NCBI GenBank assembly: GCA_965113315.1
Contig: OZ220364.1
Source of the DNA: Podarcis vaucheri
Taxonomy: Eukaryota
Length of the DNA: 64,000 nt
Reading direction: 5' to 3' (one strand)
In this document: in pieces, positions 1 through 13,080 of the stretch
How positions within the stretch are numbered: position 1 is the stretch's first letter
Layout of the letters: each line of letters opens with the position of its first letter
The notes under the pieces: model-generated
The model's database searches: none
What the model was told of the DNA's origin: nothing
Seen by the model: only the letters and a program-made list of their open reading frames with translations
Made by a program: the position numbers and the translations under genes

Positions 1-135
1 TCCACTGCCTCCTGCAGTTTGGCCAAACTCATGTTAGTAGCTTCGAGAACACTGTCCAACCATCTCATCCTCTGTCATCCCCTTCTCCTTGTGCCCTCAA
101 TCTCTCCCAACATCAGGGACTTTCCCAGGGAGTCT
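1..135 (-). mobile_element. BovB-type RTE LINE 3' fragment (cut by the window edge)
   Basis: tccaaccatctcatcctctgtcatccccttctccttgtgccctcaatc is the characteristic reverse-complement BovB 3' sequence. Confidence 0.8.
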
Positions 136-184
136 AGTGACCACTAACATCCTTACGCTCAATGCAGTTGCATAATCAATCCTC

Positions 185-335
185 TTTCAGCGTCATCCTA
201 GTTGGTAGCCATCACTACATCTTGTGGAAGAAAATTATGTTGTTTAACTCTGTAGTTATGTGAAGAAATTCCTTTCTGTCTGTCCTGAATCTTCCAGCGT
301 TCAACTTAATGTCCTTTAGCTCTAGCATTATGAGG
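185..335 (-). mobile_element. Decayed CR1 LINE fragment
   Basis: agttggtagccatcactacatcttgtgg...tgtgaagaa...tctgtcctgaatcttcca resembles squamate CR1 3' region. Confidence 0.55.
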
Positions 336-553
336 GATACTGCCAGTACTGCAGGGGAGCAAGCTCTTATCTGACAGAAAGCCTGGTTTTTAATAGTTAT
401 TATATAGTTGTTATATTAAATTTCTTTGAGGTTGTATTGTAACCAAGCTGTACATAAATTTTGTTAAATACTCTTTAGAATAAACTGCCTTTTAACACTT
501 TAATCTTGAATTTATCCAAGCATTGGATTCGAACCTTGGTTGCTATAAATATC

Positions 554-556
<3 letters not shown>

Positions 557-598
<42 letters not shown>
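557..598. repeat. (AC)21 microsatellite
   Basis: Direct. Confidence 0.95.
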
Positions 599-600
<2 letters not shown>

Positions 601-3600
601 AGTTCAAGCTAAGTGTGGTTTTGGCATCTTAAGACACATTGATAAAAGACCTTCAGTACCATAACATTTTTACAACTTGCAATGGTTTATGGTTGGCATT
701 ATGGTTGGCTTTTAAAATCCAGGTGGCAGGCAGAAATCCATCAGGTTAAGCATTTTCTAGTGCAGAAATACAATTATGTGAAAAGCTTCATCAGTTAACA
801 TTCTGCCTGCCAGACATCATGATATATATAAAACCAGTTTCCCACCCCTGCTTTATGCTTGCCAAAGCAAAGAGATCCAAACAGGCGTAAGAGGTTATCT
901 GACCTGTTCACAGTCTTCCCCACTATGGTATAAAGTATTATATTTCTATTTAAATAACAATACCCCCCCCAAGAATGACACCTATACATATAAATACAAC
1001 ACCTGCAAATGTTGTGCCCAATACCCCTGCAGTGTGCTGGGCCCAGAAAATCCTACTGGCATCCCTGTAGCATACTGACGACTGTGTCTACATACTAACA
1101 AAGATATAGGGCTTGCTTAGTTCTGTGCTTCTCTCTCAAGCAGCATTTGTCAGACTGGATTAGACTACAAGTGCCAGTATTATAAGGGCTGGTATCCATT
1201 GACGTTGAATGGAGATCAGCAAGCTAATTTCACAAAGGCACTCCAAATGGTCTTGAAATGGCTTAGAGGAGGTGAGAAAGAAAGAAAGGCAAGCACTTCT
1301 CCTACTATGCTAGCCATCTTGCTTTCTTTTCAGTGATCCTCTCTTTTCTTCTCTGGCTCCAGAGGAGTGATGACTGTTGATTAGCCTTTAGAATTGCAGG
1401 GCAAGCAGGTTTGATCTCAGGTTAGGAGTGAAGGGGGAAAGGCTCAGATGAAATTAGAGGACTAGTGAGGGCTACTCTGAACCACTGAACAGACTGGATG
1501 GTTTGACAGTAAGGACTTTATTGTGCTGATTGTTACTAGTAGGACTTTCTCCCCAACGTTTTCTATAACTCGAAATTCAATATGAGGGAAAGGTTAATGT
1601 GTCCCCCCCCCCGTTCCACTAAGTTGCTGCCAACTTCAATTGTTCTTTCTGCCTACTTTTGGAGGGTCCCCTGGGGCTTAATTTGAACCTATGTTCACTG
1701 ACTCTTGATCCTAGCTAGATCTTATGAATTAATAACTGAGTGTGGCCTTGAAGCATGTGCAAAGTACCTTTCTGTTGCCAAAATGTAGCCACAACTAGCC
1801 CACAACTGGAGTGGCCATAAGGTCTTCCAAGCAAGTTAAAGGCAAGTTTAACCCCAGCAACTCACATTTTAGAAATGAAGCAAAACTGGACCCCCTCCCC
1901 ACTTCTTTAATATTTCTTGGATTTTCATTTTCCTTTACCTCAAGTTTCTTTGTGTGATTCTTTCCTAATTTGGACTATGCATTATATCTTGAAGCTGTTT
2001 CCTTCTCATTTGCTTACAAACACCCTTTCCTAATGCAGAAAAAAGATCTCTTGTGGTAACCTTCTGGGAGATATATACTCACAGGGATCCTGACAGATAC
2101 TCATGTGAGAAAACCCCATGAATACAAGAGAGACGGCCTTAAGGGTTCTCTGCCTCAGAGTCTCAACTTCACAGTCACTCTCAGTTGAGAAATGAGGCAT
2201 TTCTTGCAAGGCTAACTCTTCTGGGGACATTAAAAAAACCAAACTGGTTTTGACCAACATGTGGGGTTCTTTTGCCAGAACAGATAGAAAGCAATATCAC
2301 ATTTTGAGGAAATCAATGAAGCACTAAGTTTCTTAGTGGCACTTACTCCCGGGTAAGTACAGTTAAGAGTGCAGCCCTAGTTGATTAAGGTACCAAATGG
2401 AGCCAGCTTCACATTGATAACTGTATTGCTCAAAAGTCTTTCTCCTTTAGTAAACTCTCATCTAGGAGACTCAAAGCTTCCCTTTCTGCCATTTGGAGGA
2501 GAGCATGAGTACCAAGGAGAGTGTTCTATACCTCCCAAATGTGAACCAGAAATATCTATCTATCTTCAGTTTAGCATTCCAACAAGTAAATGTACCAACT
2601 ATATATTATTAGACTTCCATCCATTGAAGTCTTACTGCTGAATTACTTATATTTCCAGGTATCAGAACTGAAGTGTTGCTTGTATGTCAACTGAATGTTC
2701 TTCCCATGTTGGAAAACTTCCATATTTAGATTTCCAAGGGGTCCCTCCAGATGGGGCCTCAAGAGTAGAAATGGATGTGTAGTATTCTGGGCCTCTGCTA
2801 AGTACCATCAGCTGCAACTGTGACTTGCTTTATAAGATTCCCCTTCCTTGTCACCATATCTTTCTAGCTTTCTGAGGGTTCATGCTTTCTGACTTGTAGA
2901 ACTAAAGATGCCCTTCAATTAATTCAAGAATGCAGTGGAATCTGCGTTTGCTAAACATTTCGGTGAACATATGCAGAAGGAAGTGTGGATGCCTCACTTT
3001 CCTCCTTCCGTGTAGGCATCTTGCACAGGGACTATTTCTTTCTTGTTTTATTTAATGAAGTCTTCACTGTTCCCACTGTTAACACCTACGCATGTACTGA
3101 ACGTCTCCAAGGAGACAAGGAAACCCTTGAGTCCAGCAATGGTGAATCCTCCAATGAGGCAGCAAGCAAGAGGCAACTCCTTGAGGCATCTAAGCTTCCA
3201 GCTGTCCTCCTGCAGACATTAATTTCCTTCTGGCTCCTACAGGCAGGCTTTCTTCTTTGCATCTGAAATGTTGGTGAGTGCTTCAGGCTTCTGAGAGTGA
3301 GCTGGGTAGGGAAACACTTCCTGCATCTCTTTGTGATCTTTTCCCCAGCCTCCTGTTTATGTCACCTGGCTTCCTCTTCAACAATTGCAAACGTATTTCC
3401 AATTCTAGCACTGTCACCACCGACTTTCCCTCTTTGAGATATATATATATATAAAACCAGTCATTACTGATCTTTCATAAATCCATCCTTTGCTGCTGTT
3501 TATGTGCTTTGCTAACTTCTCATTAGGTATTAGGAAACAGGTCCTGAGTTGCCATGTATTCAGGATGCTGCTTCCTGCTGAGCCACACTGCCAGGTGTGG

Positions 3601-4493
3601 TCAACCTGTCTGAAGGGTGGAGTCTGTTTTCATCACTGTGCGGACTTGCAGGGGATTTGCATCTTCTCTATTAGTTTCTGAAAGGGCTGCTTTGTTTTGG
3701 CAGGAAGCAATTATTTTTCACAGGCTGCACAATTAACTTTTATGGCATAGATAGTTGCAAAATGTGGAGATGAGCAAATGCTTAGATATTTCAAAATGAG
3801 AAGACTATCAATATATATGAGCCAGAATACCTTCAAAAAGACATTAAGAGATGTCATACCTCTGATATTTAAATGCTAAGGACAGACATTGGGATATGGC
3901 TGTCTCCATATCGAACCATGTTTATGAATTTCCCAGGTACGTTTTTCTGAACATTGCTGGAAGCAGAATAATACACTCACCAAATCCACTTTTGGTTTGA
4001 ACTAGGAAGGACCCTACTTGTCATCTTAGCATCTAATGTTTCTACAGCAGACTGGGGCAGGGCCTTACCTCTGAAAAGGCAGGACCAGTTTTCAGCACTC
4101 TGCTTAAATATGTAATGCATAAGAGGTAATACAAAATAAGACCAATCACTCTCTAAATATCATGGGCATAAGCCATGGAGAAAAGCTGAGAATTTATTAT
4201 CCACCTTCATGGTAAAGCATTGAAGAGGGTTTGATCTTTCAGGGCATGGAAGATCCTGTGCTCAGATAACCGTAGGATTTCCTTGTTCAGAATGTTTATC
4301 TTACCTCATAATGAAGAGAGGGAAGATGGGAGAACGTGAGTCAGTCTGCTCTTGATGCCTCCCTCAGTAGAATCCCAGGAGGGAATGTACAAAGAAGGAA
4401 ATAACACAACCTCTCTTCTGCATTATGTGTTTTCCCTAGGGAACAGTAGAAAACAAACCAACCCTGTTTCACAATCTATCTGTTTCTCTAGGG

Positions 4494-4630
4494 CAGCCTT
4501 TCTCAACCTGTGGGTCCCCAGATGTTGTTGAACTACAACTCCCATCACCCTAGCTAGCAAGGCCAAGGCTCAGGGATGATGGGAGTTGTAGTCCAACAAC
4601 ATCTGGGGGCCCACAGGTTGAGAACCACTG
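4494..4630. mobile_element. Palindromic non-autonomous hAT MITE
   Basis: Perfect 8-bp TSD ctctaggg (4486-4493 and 4631-4638). Arms ttctcaacctgtgggtccccagatgttgttgaactacaactcccatca and tgatgggagttgtagtccaacaacatctgggggcccacaggttgagaa are inverted repeats. Confidence 0.9.
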
Positions 4631-4876
4631 CTCTAGGGTGTGACTGGCTAATCTGTGGCCCTCTAGATGTTGTTGGACTCCCCATAATACCTTTCCATAG
4701 TGGTTGGGGCTAATCGAGGTTGGAGTCATAACAATAAAAGGGCTGGCTTACCAACAGTGATAAGACAACCCTGCACTAGAGGAATGTGTACTTATGTGCT
4801 TTGAGAAAGCTTTGAGAGGAGGCTGAGACCACTACCAATTCAATAGAATGTAAAATAGCCAGGGCTGTTCTAAGTA

Positions 4877-5385
4877 CCGTATTTTTCGCACCATAGGACG
4901 CACCGGACAATAGGACGCACTTTGTTTTAGAGGGGGAAGAACAAGAAAAAAAAAATCTCCCCCTCTCTGCCCAGCGCCCCTTCAGTGAAGCGGCAGGAGG
5001 CGCTGCACAGAGAGGGGGAGAACTTTCCCCCTCTTGTTTTCCCGCTCTAAAACAAGGTGCCATTTAAGGTGCGTTCAGGCAGCTACCTTGGAAGCCTGGA
5101 GAGCGAGAGGGGTCGGTGTGCACTGACCCCTATCGCTCTCCAGGCTTCAGGTTCCTTTCGACTTGCTCTTTGGGGCTGGCGGGGGGAAGCCCACCACCAG
5201 CCCCAAAGAGCAGGTCAGGAAGCAGCGGAAAGGCGCAGCGGAGAGGCTCCTGCCATAGCTGCGCGTCACCTCTCCAGTCAGGAGAGGGTCGTGGGGCTAT
5301 GGCGTCTTCACTCCATAGGACGCACACACATTTCCCCTTCATTTTTGAAGGGGAAAAAGTGCGTCCTATAGAGCGAAAAATACGG
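4877..5385. mobile_element. Non-autonomous Tc1/mariner (Tc2-like) element, 509 bp
   Basis: TA TSD on both sides, TIR ccgtatttttcgc...gcgaaaaatacgg, repeated subterminal ataggacgcac motif, GC/CpG-rich interior. Confidence 0.88.
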
Positions 5386-5454
5386 TAACTACCATTTTCA
5401 TATTTCTACACCTGCTACAGAAACAGTGATTTCTTACATCAGATTGCAATATAC

Positions 5455-5671
5455 CAGGCATGTCCAAAGTCCGTTTTGGGGGCCTAATCTGTCCCGCTGG
5501 TCGATTTAATCTGGCCCCTGTGGCAGTTTATTTCCTGGGGTAAAATCCTAAAAATACCTCAACAACTTCAGTCCTAAGAAAAGGTTAACAACTTTGGTTG
5601 GCCGTTTGGTCGGCCCTCACAGCCCTTCACTTCATCAAATCTGGCCCTCTTTGAAAAAAAGTTTGGACATC
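5455..5671. mobile_element. Non-autonomous hAT (Charlie/MER30-like) element
   Basis: Ends caggcatgtccaaa...tttggacat; subterminal ggccc motifs; ctggccctctttgaaaaaaagtttgga. Confidence 0.65.
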
Positions 5672-6023
5672 TACACATAGTCTGATAAACTGACACTCTT
5701 TAATGTGAAAGTTGCAGTCCACCCCCCCCCCCCCGATAGGGTCAGAGTGTTGAATTATAGACATATTATTGAAAACAGTTTATTAGCACAAGCCATTAAC
5801 TAGAGTCAGTTCATTTTTGTGCTGGATGAGGCACTACCAGAACCATATGAACATTTGGGCTTTGGTTTTCTAGGGTTTGTTAGTGTGGATATTATTGTGT
5901 CATTGCTGTAGTCCAATGACAGTCAAATTCTGGTGGTTTCTTTGGTGAGTATGCCATGTATACATAAGATAAACCAATAATTTATGCTTGGTGAAACTTA
6001 TTTCTATCATTATTTTCCTTCAG

Positions 6024-6164
6024 GCTCTTCAGGTAGCAAGGCAGCTTTTGTTACAGCAGCAGCAGCAACAACAACAGCAGCAGCAGCAGCAGCAACAACA
6101 ACAACAACAACAAATTAGTGGGCTGAAGTCTCCCAAGAGGAATGAGAAACAACCATCCCTTCAG
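6024..6164 (+). CDS. FOXP1: FOXP1 coding exon (ALQVARQLLL-Q20-ISGLKSPKRNEKQPSLQ), 141 nt, phase 0-0
   Basis: Acceptor ttttccttcag| (AG 6022-6023) and donor CAG|gtaaga (GT 6165). Translation matches the recalled FOXP1 segment ALQVARQLLLQn-VSGLKSPKRNDKQPALQ. The SPKRN.KQP residues favour FOXP1 over FOXP2/4. Confidence 0.96.
6054..6113 (+). repeat. Coding polyglutamine repeat (CAG)4(CAA)3(CAG)6(CAA)7 = Q20
   Basis: Counted directly from the sequence. Confidence 0.97.
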
Positions 6165-8025
6165 GTAAGACATTATAACAACAACAATGTACTTATTCCT
6201 TGATGTGTTTTAATAGGATCAATTGACATGGAAACTTGTAGTAGCAGATTTTTTAAAAATATGCTGTTGATGTCACCATTGTCTCAGTCATGCTTAGTGG
6301 TGTGGTAGTCATGGTGTAAATGTATCAATAGTAAGTGCTCTTGAGACTTTATTTTACCAGTTAAACTGTTAAACAAAGGTCTTGAAAGGATATGTGGGGA
6401 AGGGCTGTAGATCAGTGGCAGAAAGTCCAAAGTTCAGTTCTCAACTTCCTATGTTGGAGGTCCCCATTGAAGAAGAGCGATTTTTGGAATGCGAAGTATC
6501 CACCAATCTACCTTGAATCTTTGATACTCTAAAAAAAATGAACAGTCACTGTGCTCTTATGTAAAGGATTTCTAGAAGAATTAACAATCCTTTGAAATAA
6601 GGTCCATGTGCTAACTCTAATTCAAAGTTAGTGAAGCAAATCTTGTTTTGTTGATAAGTTTTGGTGAATAGACCTTTGTGTTTGGAAGTTTCCCAGAACC
6701 GTTGTTTACCATATTTAGAAGCACGTATGTGCTATTAGAGCCTCAATATATGCTGAGTAACATTTGCAAGGAAATCTGTCCATTCTTTTACTCTGTGTTG
6801 CTGCATATCAAGTAGTTTTTCATCATGTTGTATCAAGAAAATAGAGGTGTGTCAACTACTGATTTGGCATACAATTTGGAGGAATGGTAATTAAATCGTA
6901 AAAGTATTAGGGATTTGCTAAGGTCAGCTTAGTTTATCCACATACCAGTGATGGTTTATTGTTTACATTGACATTTGCCACTTGTCTTTCTAAGGGAAGC
7001 ACATCCAGTTCAGATACAAATTCCAGTAGTTTCGTTTAACTATATCCAGGACTTTATCCATTTCAAGAAGTATCTGTAGATAATCTCGGTGATATTTTTT
7101 TCTAAAGGAAAAAATGGAATCCTTGGCTTCATTCCTAAAATATATGAATGGGAGGAAGGCCACAGAAGGAAGTTTACCTTCCCCTTCACTCCCCGGTAGC
7201 TATCTGTGCCCCTGAGGAGTCAGGGAGACATCCTGCACATCGTAGCATATGAAGCATAGGGAATCTGCTGCAGAGAATCTTCCAAAATCAGGTCCAGATT
7301 TGCCTGTGTGAGGCAATCCAGCCTCCTCATCCATCCCATTGCACATTATTTAGGATCCCATCCCACACTGATCACCTGGATAGGCTTGTGGGGAGTAGGA
7401 CAGGCAGCTGCAGGAGGGATGGGGGAACGGTAAACATTCTTTCTGCCTGATTATTTTAAGACCCAAATCAAGGTTCAGAATTTCCCCCCACCCCCCACAG
7501 TAAGGTATCTTGTATAATTGCTTGAAATCATGTTTTCCTCCAAAGTTATTTTTAAGGAACAACACTTAAAACATATCAAGTGTATGTTGTTAACCTGGTT
7601 TTATGCATGGAGACACTAAGCTTGGCATATTAAGCTGATGGCTCACGATTACAGGACAGCTGGGATGTAGAGGCATGGTCAGAACTCCGAGGTCACACGG
7701 TTACGTTCAACTCCATGGCTGAACCCCAACTCTCTGTTTATCGTTAATTGATATTCTTTCAGGAGGAGTGGGTGTTCTGTCTCTGAGCAAATGCATATTT
7801 AAAAGCATTGTTGTGAAAGAACAGAACGCTGAATCCATGCTGTTTTGTTAGACCTTCAAAAATATTTTGAAGTTATTTTGGTCAATCTATTGCTGATCCA
7901 TTTGCCTTTTAATAGACTCTTCTACTGGGGACATTTTTAATGAGATATTGTGCTAGCGAGGCCCAGTGTCAGGTACTAGAAGAAGTGCTTTGTTGTGCAG
8001 ATGTCTTAAGAATTGCTCCAGAGGA

Positions 8026-8269
8026 NNNNNNNNNNNNNNNNNNNNNNNNNNNNNNNNNNNNNNNNNNNNNNNNNNNNNNNNNNNNNNNNNNNNNNNNNNN
8101 NNNNNNNNNNNNNNNNNNNNNNNNNNNNNNNNNNNNNNNNNNNNNNNNNNNNNNNNNNNNNNNNNNNNNNNNNNNNNNNNNNNNNNNNNNNNNNNNNNNN
8201 NNNNNNNNNNNNNNNNNNNNNNNNNNNNNNNNNNNNNNNNNNNNNNNNNNNNNNNNNNNNNNNNNNNNN
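8026..8269. other. Assembly gap (N run). Other gaps: 11876-12191, 55002-55205, 55563-55894, 61476-62116
   Basis: Runs of N. Confidence 0.99.
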
Positions 8270-8875
8270 GTCCAACCTGTCACTCACTGATTCAAATGAC
8301 TGCCCATTCTTTTTCCACCCTTGCTCTTTGAGCTTTTGCATCCTTAAACCTACTCTTGAATATAACAGACACTGTGATCCCAATGGCACAATAAAGATAT
8401 GTATTTTGAAAGTGTCTGAGCATGGAAGAGAAATTGTTAAGGAAACATTTACAAATATACATGGACCCTTTCTCATGCTACTTGACAATATGAAATATTG
8501 AATATCCTTGTGTTTTGTATCATCTCTATCAACAGTCAACTGTCTAAATTTGTCATGATTTCATTTATTCTTGGGCTAAATTCTTCTGGCACTTAACAAA
8601 TGAACTAAGTTCTTTGTCCTTTTTTGGACAGTGTTAACTAGATTTTTAAAACAGTGATTAATAATTTTGCAGGCAGTATTTTTCAAAAATTAATTTGGAC
8701 ATATTATTTGCTATTTTAGGTACCTATTGCTGGGCGCTTTAAGATCTGCTTTAAGATTTATATTAGGGAGTTAACCAAAATTTACTTATGAAAGCCTGTG
8801 TTCCCTAGCTTTGGTGCATTAAAAATAACATGAAAATAAGAAATACATGGACAAACAAACACAAAAGATTTATAT

Positions 8876-8948
8876 CATGGAATTGTAGAGTTGGAGGAAA
8901 GTCCCCCCCCCCGCCCCGGGGTCATCTAGTCCAAACTCTGCAGTGCAC
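8876..8948 (-). mobile_element. CR1/Squam2 3' tail fragment
   Basis: tcatggaattgtagagttggagg...ggtcatctagtccaa, the same tail as at 57600 and 60240. Confidence 0.6.
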
Positions 8949-11900
8949 TTTTGCTTCTGTTTGCTTGAAACATGCGACTGGGGTAGAATGTTAATTTGGA
9001 ATGCTTTGCTGTGCAATTTGGTTAGGCTGGCTTCCCCCTAAACTTGTGAACTGATAATCAAGGAAATGGGCCAGTTTGATAGACTCACTGACTGTTGTAT
9101 ATACACATGCAAGGATATTGTTAAGTGAAGATTCAGTCTCACACTGTTTAATTTGTGGTTGAGAGGTGAACTGAACAGGTAAAAACTAAGGGAGAAAATC
9201 TGTTAATTTCTTCCATTCCTAGCGACTCACCACTGAAGGATTCAGCGCTTTGCATACAATAGTGCTGGTTTATCTGTGGCCATTGATTTTGACACAAGGA
9301 TACAATCCAGTTGACTGTCGTCCTGTAGAATTTCTTTTGTTACCTGTTGACCTTGACAGCTATTATTGGAGACATGTTCTATGTCATATGTTTTGTATAT
9401 AAGCATTTTGTCTGAGATGTGGGATTCTGCTAGGTTTTTTAAAAAAATAAACCTCCCAATACAAATCCTCTGACTCACATTTTTAAGCATAGATAGTATA
9501 CAACTCTGTCTTTTATTTGGCAAAGGTCTCTGCTTTTGCAGCCTAATAATACAAACAAAAGAAATTCAGAAAGTTTAAATGATCTGATTTTAATAGCCAG
9601 AAATTAGAAGACCATAAAAATATCAAAACCACAAAAACAAAATGGGTAGAGAATCGAGATTAAAGCTCTCTGTGAAAATATTTGCCACTGGTGTACTTCT
9701 ATTTCATAATGTAAAATAAAATAAAATAACTATTTTGCTGGTTTGAGTTAGCCCTGGAGATTTATATCTTCGCCTGGCCAGGATGTGTATGCCTAGGAAT
9801 AGATCTTTCCTTGATTACAATATGTACTTTTAACCATTGACTTTTGAGACTACCTCCCCCCCCCCCCGATCTTTGGGTGTTTTAGTTGTTGGCATGAATT
9901 TATAAATTGGAAGAAAATCAAGAGACACACTTTTGCTTTAAGAAAATAAAACAGTATGTGTATTTTGGCAGCATTAAAATTTGCCTTAAAATGTTATATT
10001 GTGTGCTCAAAAGAAAGTTGGACATTGGGGCCAAAAATACTTTTCAAAAGGTCTAAAGCAGCATCTCGGGGTATCTTGCTTTGTACAGTTTGGTAATATT
10101 AACATGCCATTTGTTATTCAGTGTTAAATGAATTGAGCGAGTAGTAGCAGAAAATCAGTGACATAAGCATAAAACGTGCAGTGAGGTCCAACCACAAGAT
10201 CCACTGAGATGACCGAGTTTGGAAAAGGCGGGTCCTGGGTTGTCTGCCCAACTTGGCTCAGCTGGCAGAATTTAAGCAGGTGTAAGTCCAAAAGAAGGGT
10301 GTGTGGTGGGATAGGGGTAGGACACCAATTCCAAACCTCTTTCAGATCACTTATGAGTTCTGCTGGCATTCCAGCAGAACATACGCTGGCAAAAAGGGTG
10401 ATGTTAGCCAAACTCTATTTTCAAGTCTTGTTTTCCCTCAACCAGTCTTGCACAGGCTCAGTGGAGTTTGGAAGAGAGGTAACTTACATCAGCTTAACTT
10501 AAATCAGTGTAAGTTCCTGTACTTAGGATTTCAGGATTATTATTATTATTATTATTTTAATCAGTCAGCTACATCCTTTTGAGCCATATGAACTCCAGAC
10601 TTGTGCTTCTGTCGCTATAGTGTAATCACGTGACCAACAAATTGGGCATAGCAATCCATCGGTGTGGCCACATAGTCCAGACTTGCTCTGAATCAGGGTC
10701 AGCAGCACACAGATTACTTACTGATTTGGACTTCAAAAAGCAAACACATATTTTATCCCCCTCTTTCTGTTGAAAGGTAAAACCCAAAGCTGCTTATAAA
10801 CAATAAACATCAAAGCAAATACAATGACAACATACTTTTTAAAAAAAACAGCAGAGAAGCTTACACAAACATCCCCAAACAGTAGAGAGAGATCATCACA
10901 AACAAAACACTACTGCAGAAGTTAATCAAAATAGAAGTGTCTTAATGTATCATCAGAAGGCCAGGCAGATATCCTAGGGAATGGAATTCCAGAGCATGAG
11001 AAAAATGGCTGTAAAATTCCTGCCCGCATAGGGTCAAACTACCATGTTAATGCTTAATGTACAGATTCTTTTTTCAGTCCTCATTGTTCTAGGGTGGTCA
11101 TTTCCTAACTTTGTGCTGTTAGTAAATAATTAACTAATTAAAGGCTTCTGTGATCTCCAAGAGATCCACACACAAGAGAGGTTGCTACTGTGTCTCTGTG
11201 TGAGTCATGTTCTGAGCATATCTCTTAACAAACAAATGCTGGGTGGGGGGGACGGACATTTTGCCACCTAATCGCATTGGACCAGATCACATCAGAAGCA
11301 ACAGTTCATCAGCACTATTCACCCTTAGAGGAGGCTGCCTGTTGATTTCCTGCATGAGTCACTGTTCTGGGCTTGCTTCCAATCCCAAAACGTTTGCCCA
11401 GATCAGTGACTCACAGAGATACATGACTCACAGAGATGTACTCACATTTGAGCGTGGGTATTACTTCGTCTTGCATACTATATGGCTGTCAGGCCCTGGG
11501 GTCCGGCATAAAACTGGTCTAGCATCATTATATTTTTGGCAAGCTACAAAAAACCCTGCTTTTCTCCAAACTATGAGAAGTCCAGATCCCTTCAGATGAC
11601 CTAGTTCCAACGTAAATCTGATCAAGTTATTGTTGCAATAAATTGCTGTGCAGTTAAAAAAAAAAAATTGGTTGCCTGCCGACTTCCTGTGACATTCCCA
11701 CTCCTCTTTTAACAGGTGTTTTTCATGCAGGTAAAATGTTTATTTTATCATCATTCCATAGTGACTTATTTCCTGGCAGATTGTGTTTATAGAGGTTGCA
11801 AGGCTACACAATGTGCCGGAACATATCTGTGGATTCGTTATAAACATTATGGAGGAAGAAAACAAATGAAACATANNNNNNNNNNNNNNNNNNNNNNNNN

Positions 11901-13080
11901 NNNNNNNNNNNNNNNNNNNNNNNNNNNNNNNNNNNNNNNNNNNNNNNNNNNNNNNNNNNNNNNNNNNNNNNNNNNNNNNNNNNNNNNNNNNNNNNNNNNN
12001 NNNNNNNNNNNNNNNNNNNNNNNNNNNNNNNNNNNNNNNNNNNNNNNNNNNNNNNNNNNNNNNNNNNNNNNNNNNNNNNNNNNNNNNNNNNNNNNNNNNN
12101 NNNNNNNNNNNNNNNNNNNNNNNNNNNNNNNNNNNNNNNNNNNNNNNNNNNNNNNNNNNNNNNNNNNNNNNNNNNNNNNNNNNNNNNNNNNGAATAACAC
12201 AGTCGGACCCTTGCTGATAGTCCACTTGTGCTTTGGAGAGAGAAAAAGAGAGAGCTGTATTTTGTAGTATTATAGATTATGGAGTTAAAGGTATGCAGTA
12301 TTACTAGGAATCATGGGAGCTTGACACCACCTATAGTGGTTTATATGATGTACAGCTGGGTTGAAGATGTTGTATCGACATGGTTCCACAATCAGCTCCT
12401 TAATACTGAGATTAAACTTGTAAAAGCAACAGATTGGTTGTAGGCATGAGGCATTTCAACAATTGTGTAGTCTGGGGTCTTTACATGTATGATTACATCA
12501 GAGCTGTCAAGACTCAAGATTGTAGCTTGCCATGGTGAAGACAGTTTAATATACCGAGTTACATTTGATAATGTATTACTGACGGTACTGGTGCTTTGGA
12601 AACACCAGTCATACCTGATGTGGAGGTGGTGTGCAATGTGCACTGCTGATTCAACGTATGAATGCTGGCAAACAAAATTGCTACATTCTGCAGATTTTAT
12701 TTGCATTGACTGATGATAATTTTGGGACTATGGGTGATCCTTACTATTGGCATGATCCTGTATGAGGAGTTAGAGATCTTTAAGAAAAACACCTGCTTTT
12801 GAGATACTTCTCAAGATTCCTGCATTTGAACTTGCTCTGAACTCATTAGCTTCACATGTATTCTTCTTCTGCAGGTAGGTGGAGTTGTATATGCTGTGAA
12901 TTAAAAGATATCCACTGTGAAAAATTAATTCAAAAAATCTCAACATAGTTTGCTTGCTTTGTGCAATTCCATGATCAAGAATTCCAACATTATGAATTTT
13001 TTGATAATGGCTTTTAGTGGCAAAGAGTGAGATGAGAAATTGTGGAATAAGGGAATAAGAGAGATTGGAGCTGAGTAATT

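Noticed and set aside
1290-3430. Possible LTR or other repeat remnants
   Set aside because: I could not identify TG..CA termini, TSDs or coding motifs with confidence.
4877-5385. CpG-rich patch with overlapping ORFs as a CpG-island promoter or gene
   Set aside because: Bounded by TIRs and TA TSDs; it is the interior of a non-autonomous transposon with no transposase motifs.
5988-6203. 71-aa ORF as a stand-alone gene
   Set aside because: It is the FOXP1 exon read through into flanking intron sequence; the splice sites define 6024-6164.
7940-8539. Long ORFs containing X runs (also near 11.7-12.3, 54.7-55.9 and 61.4-62.2 kb)
   Set aside because: Artefacts of N gaps lacking stop codons.
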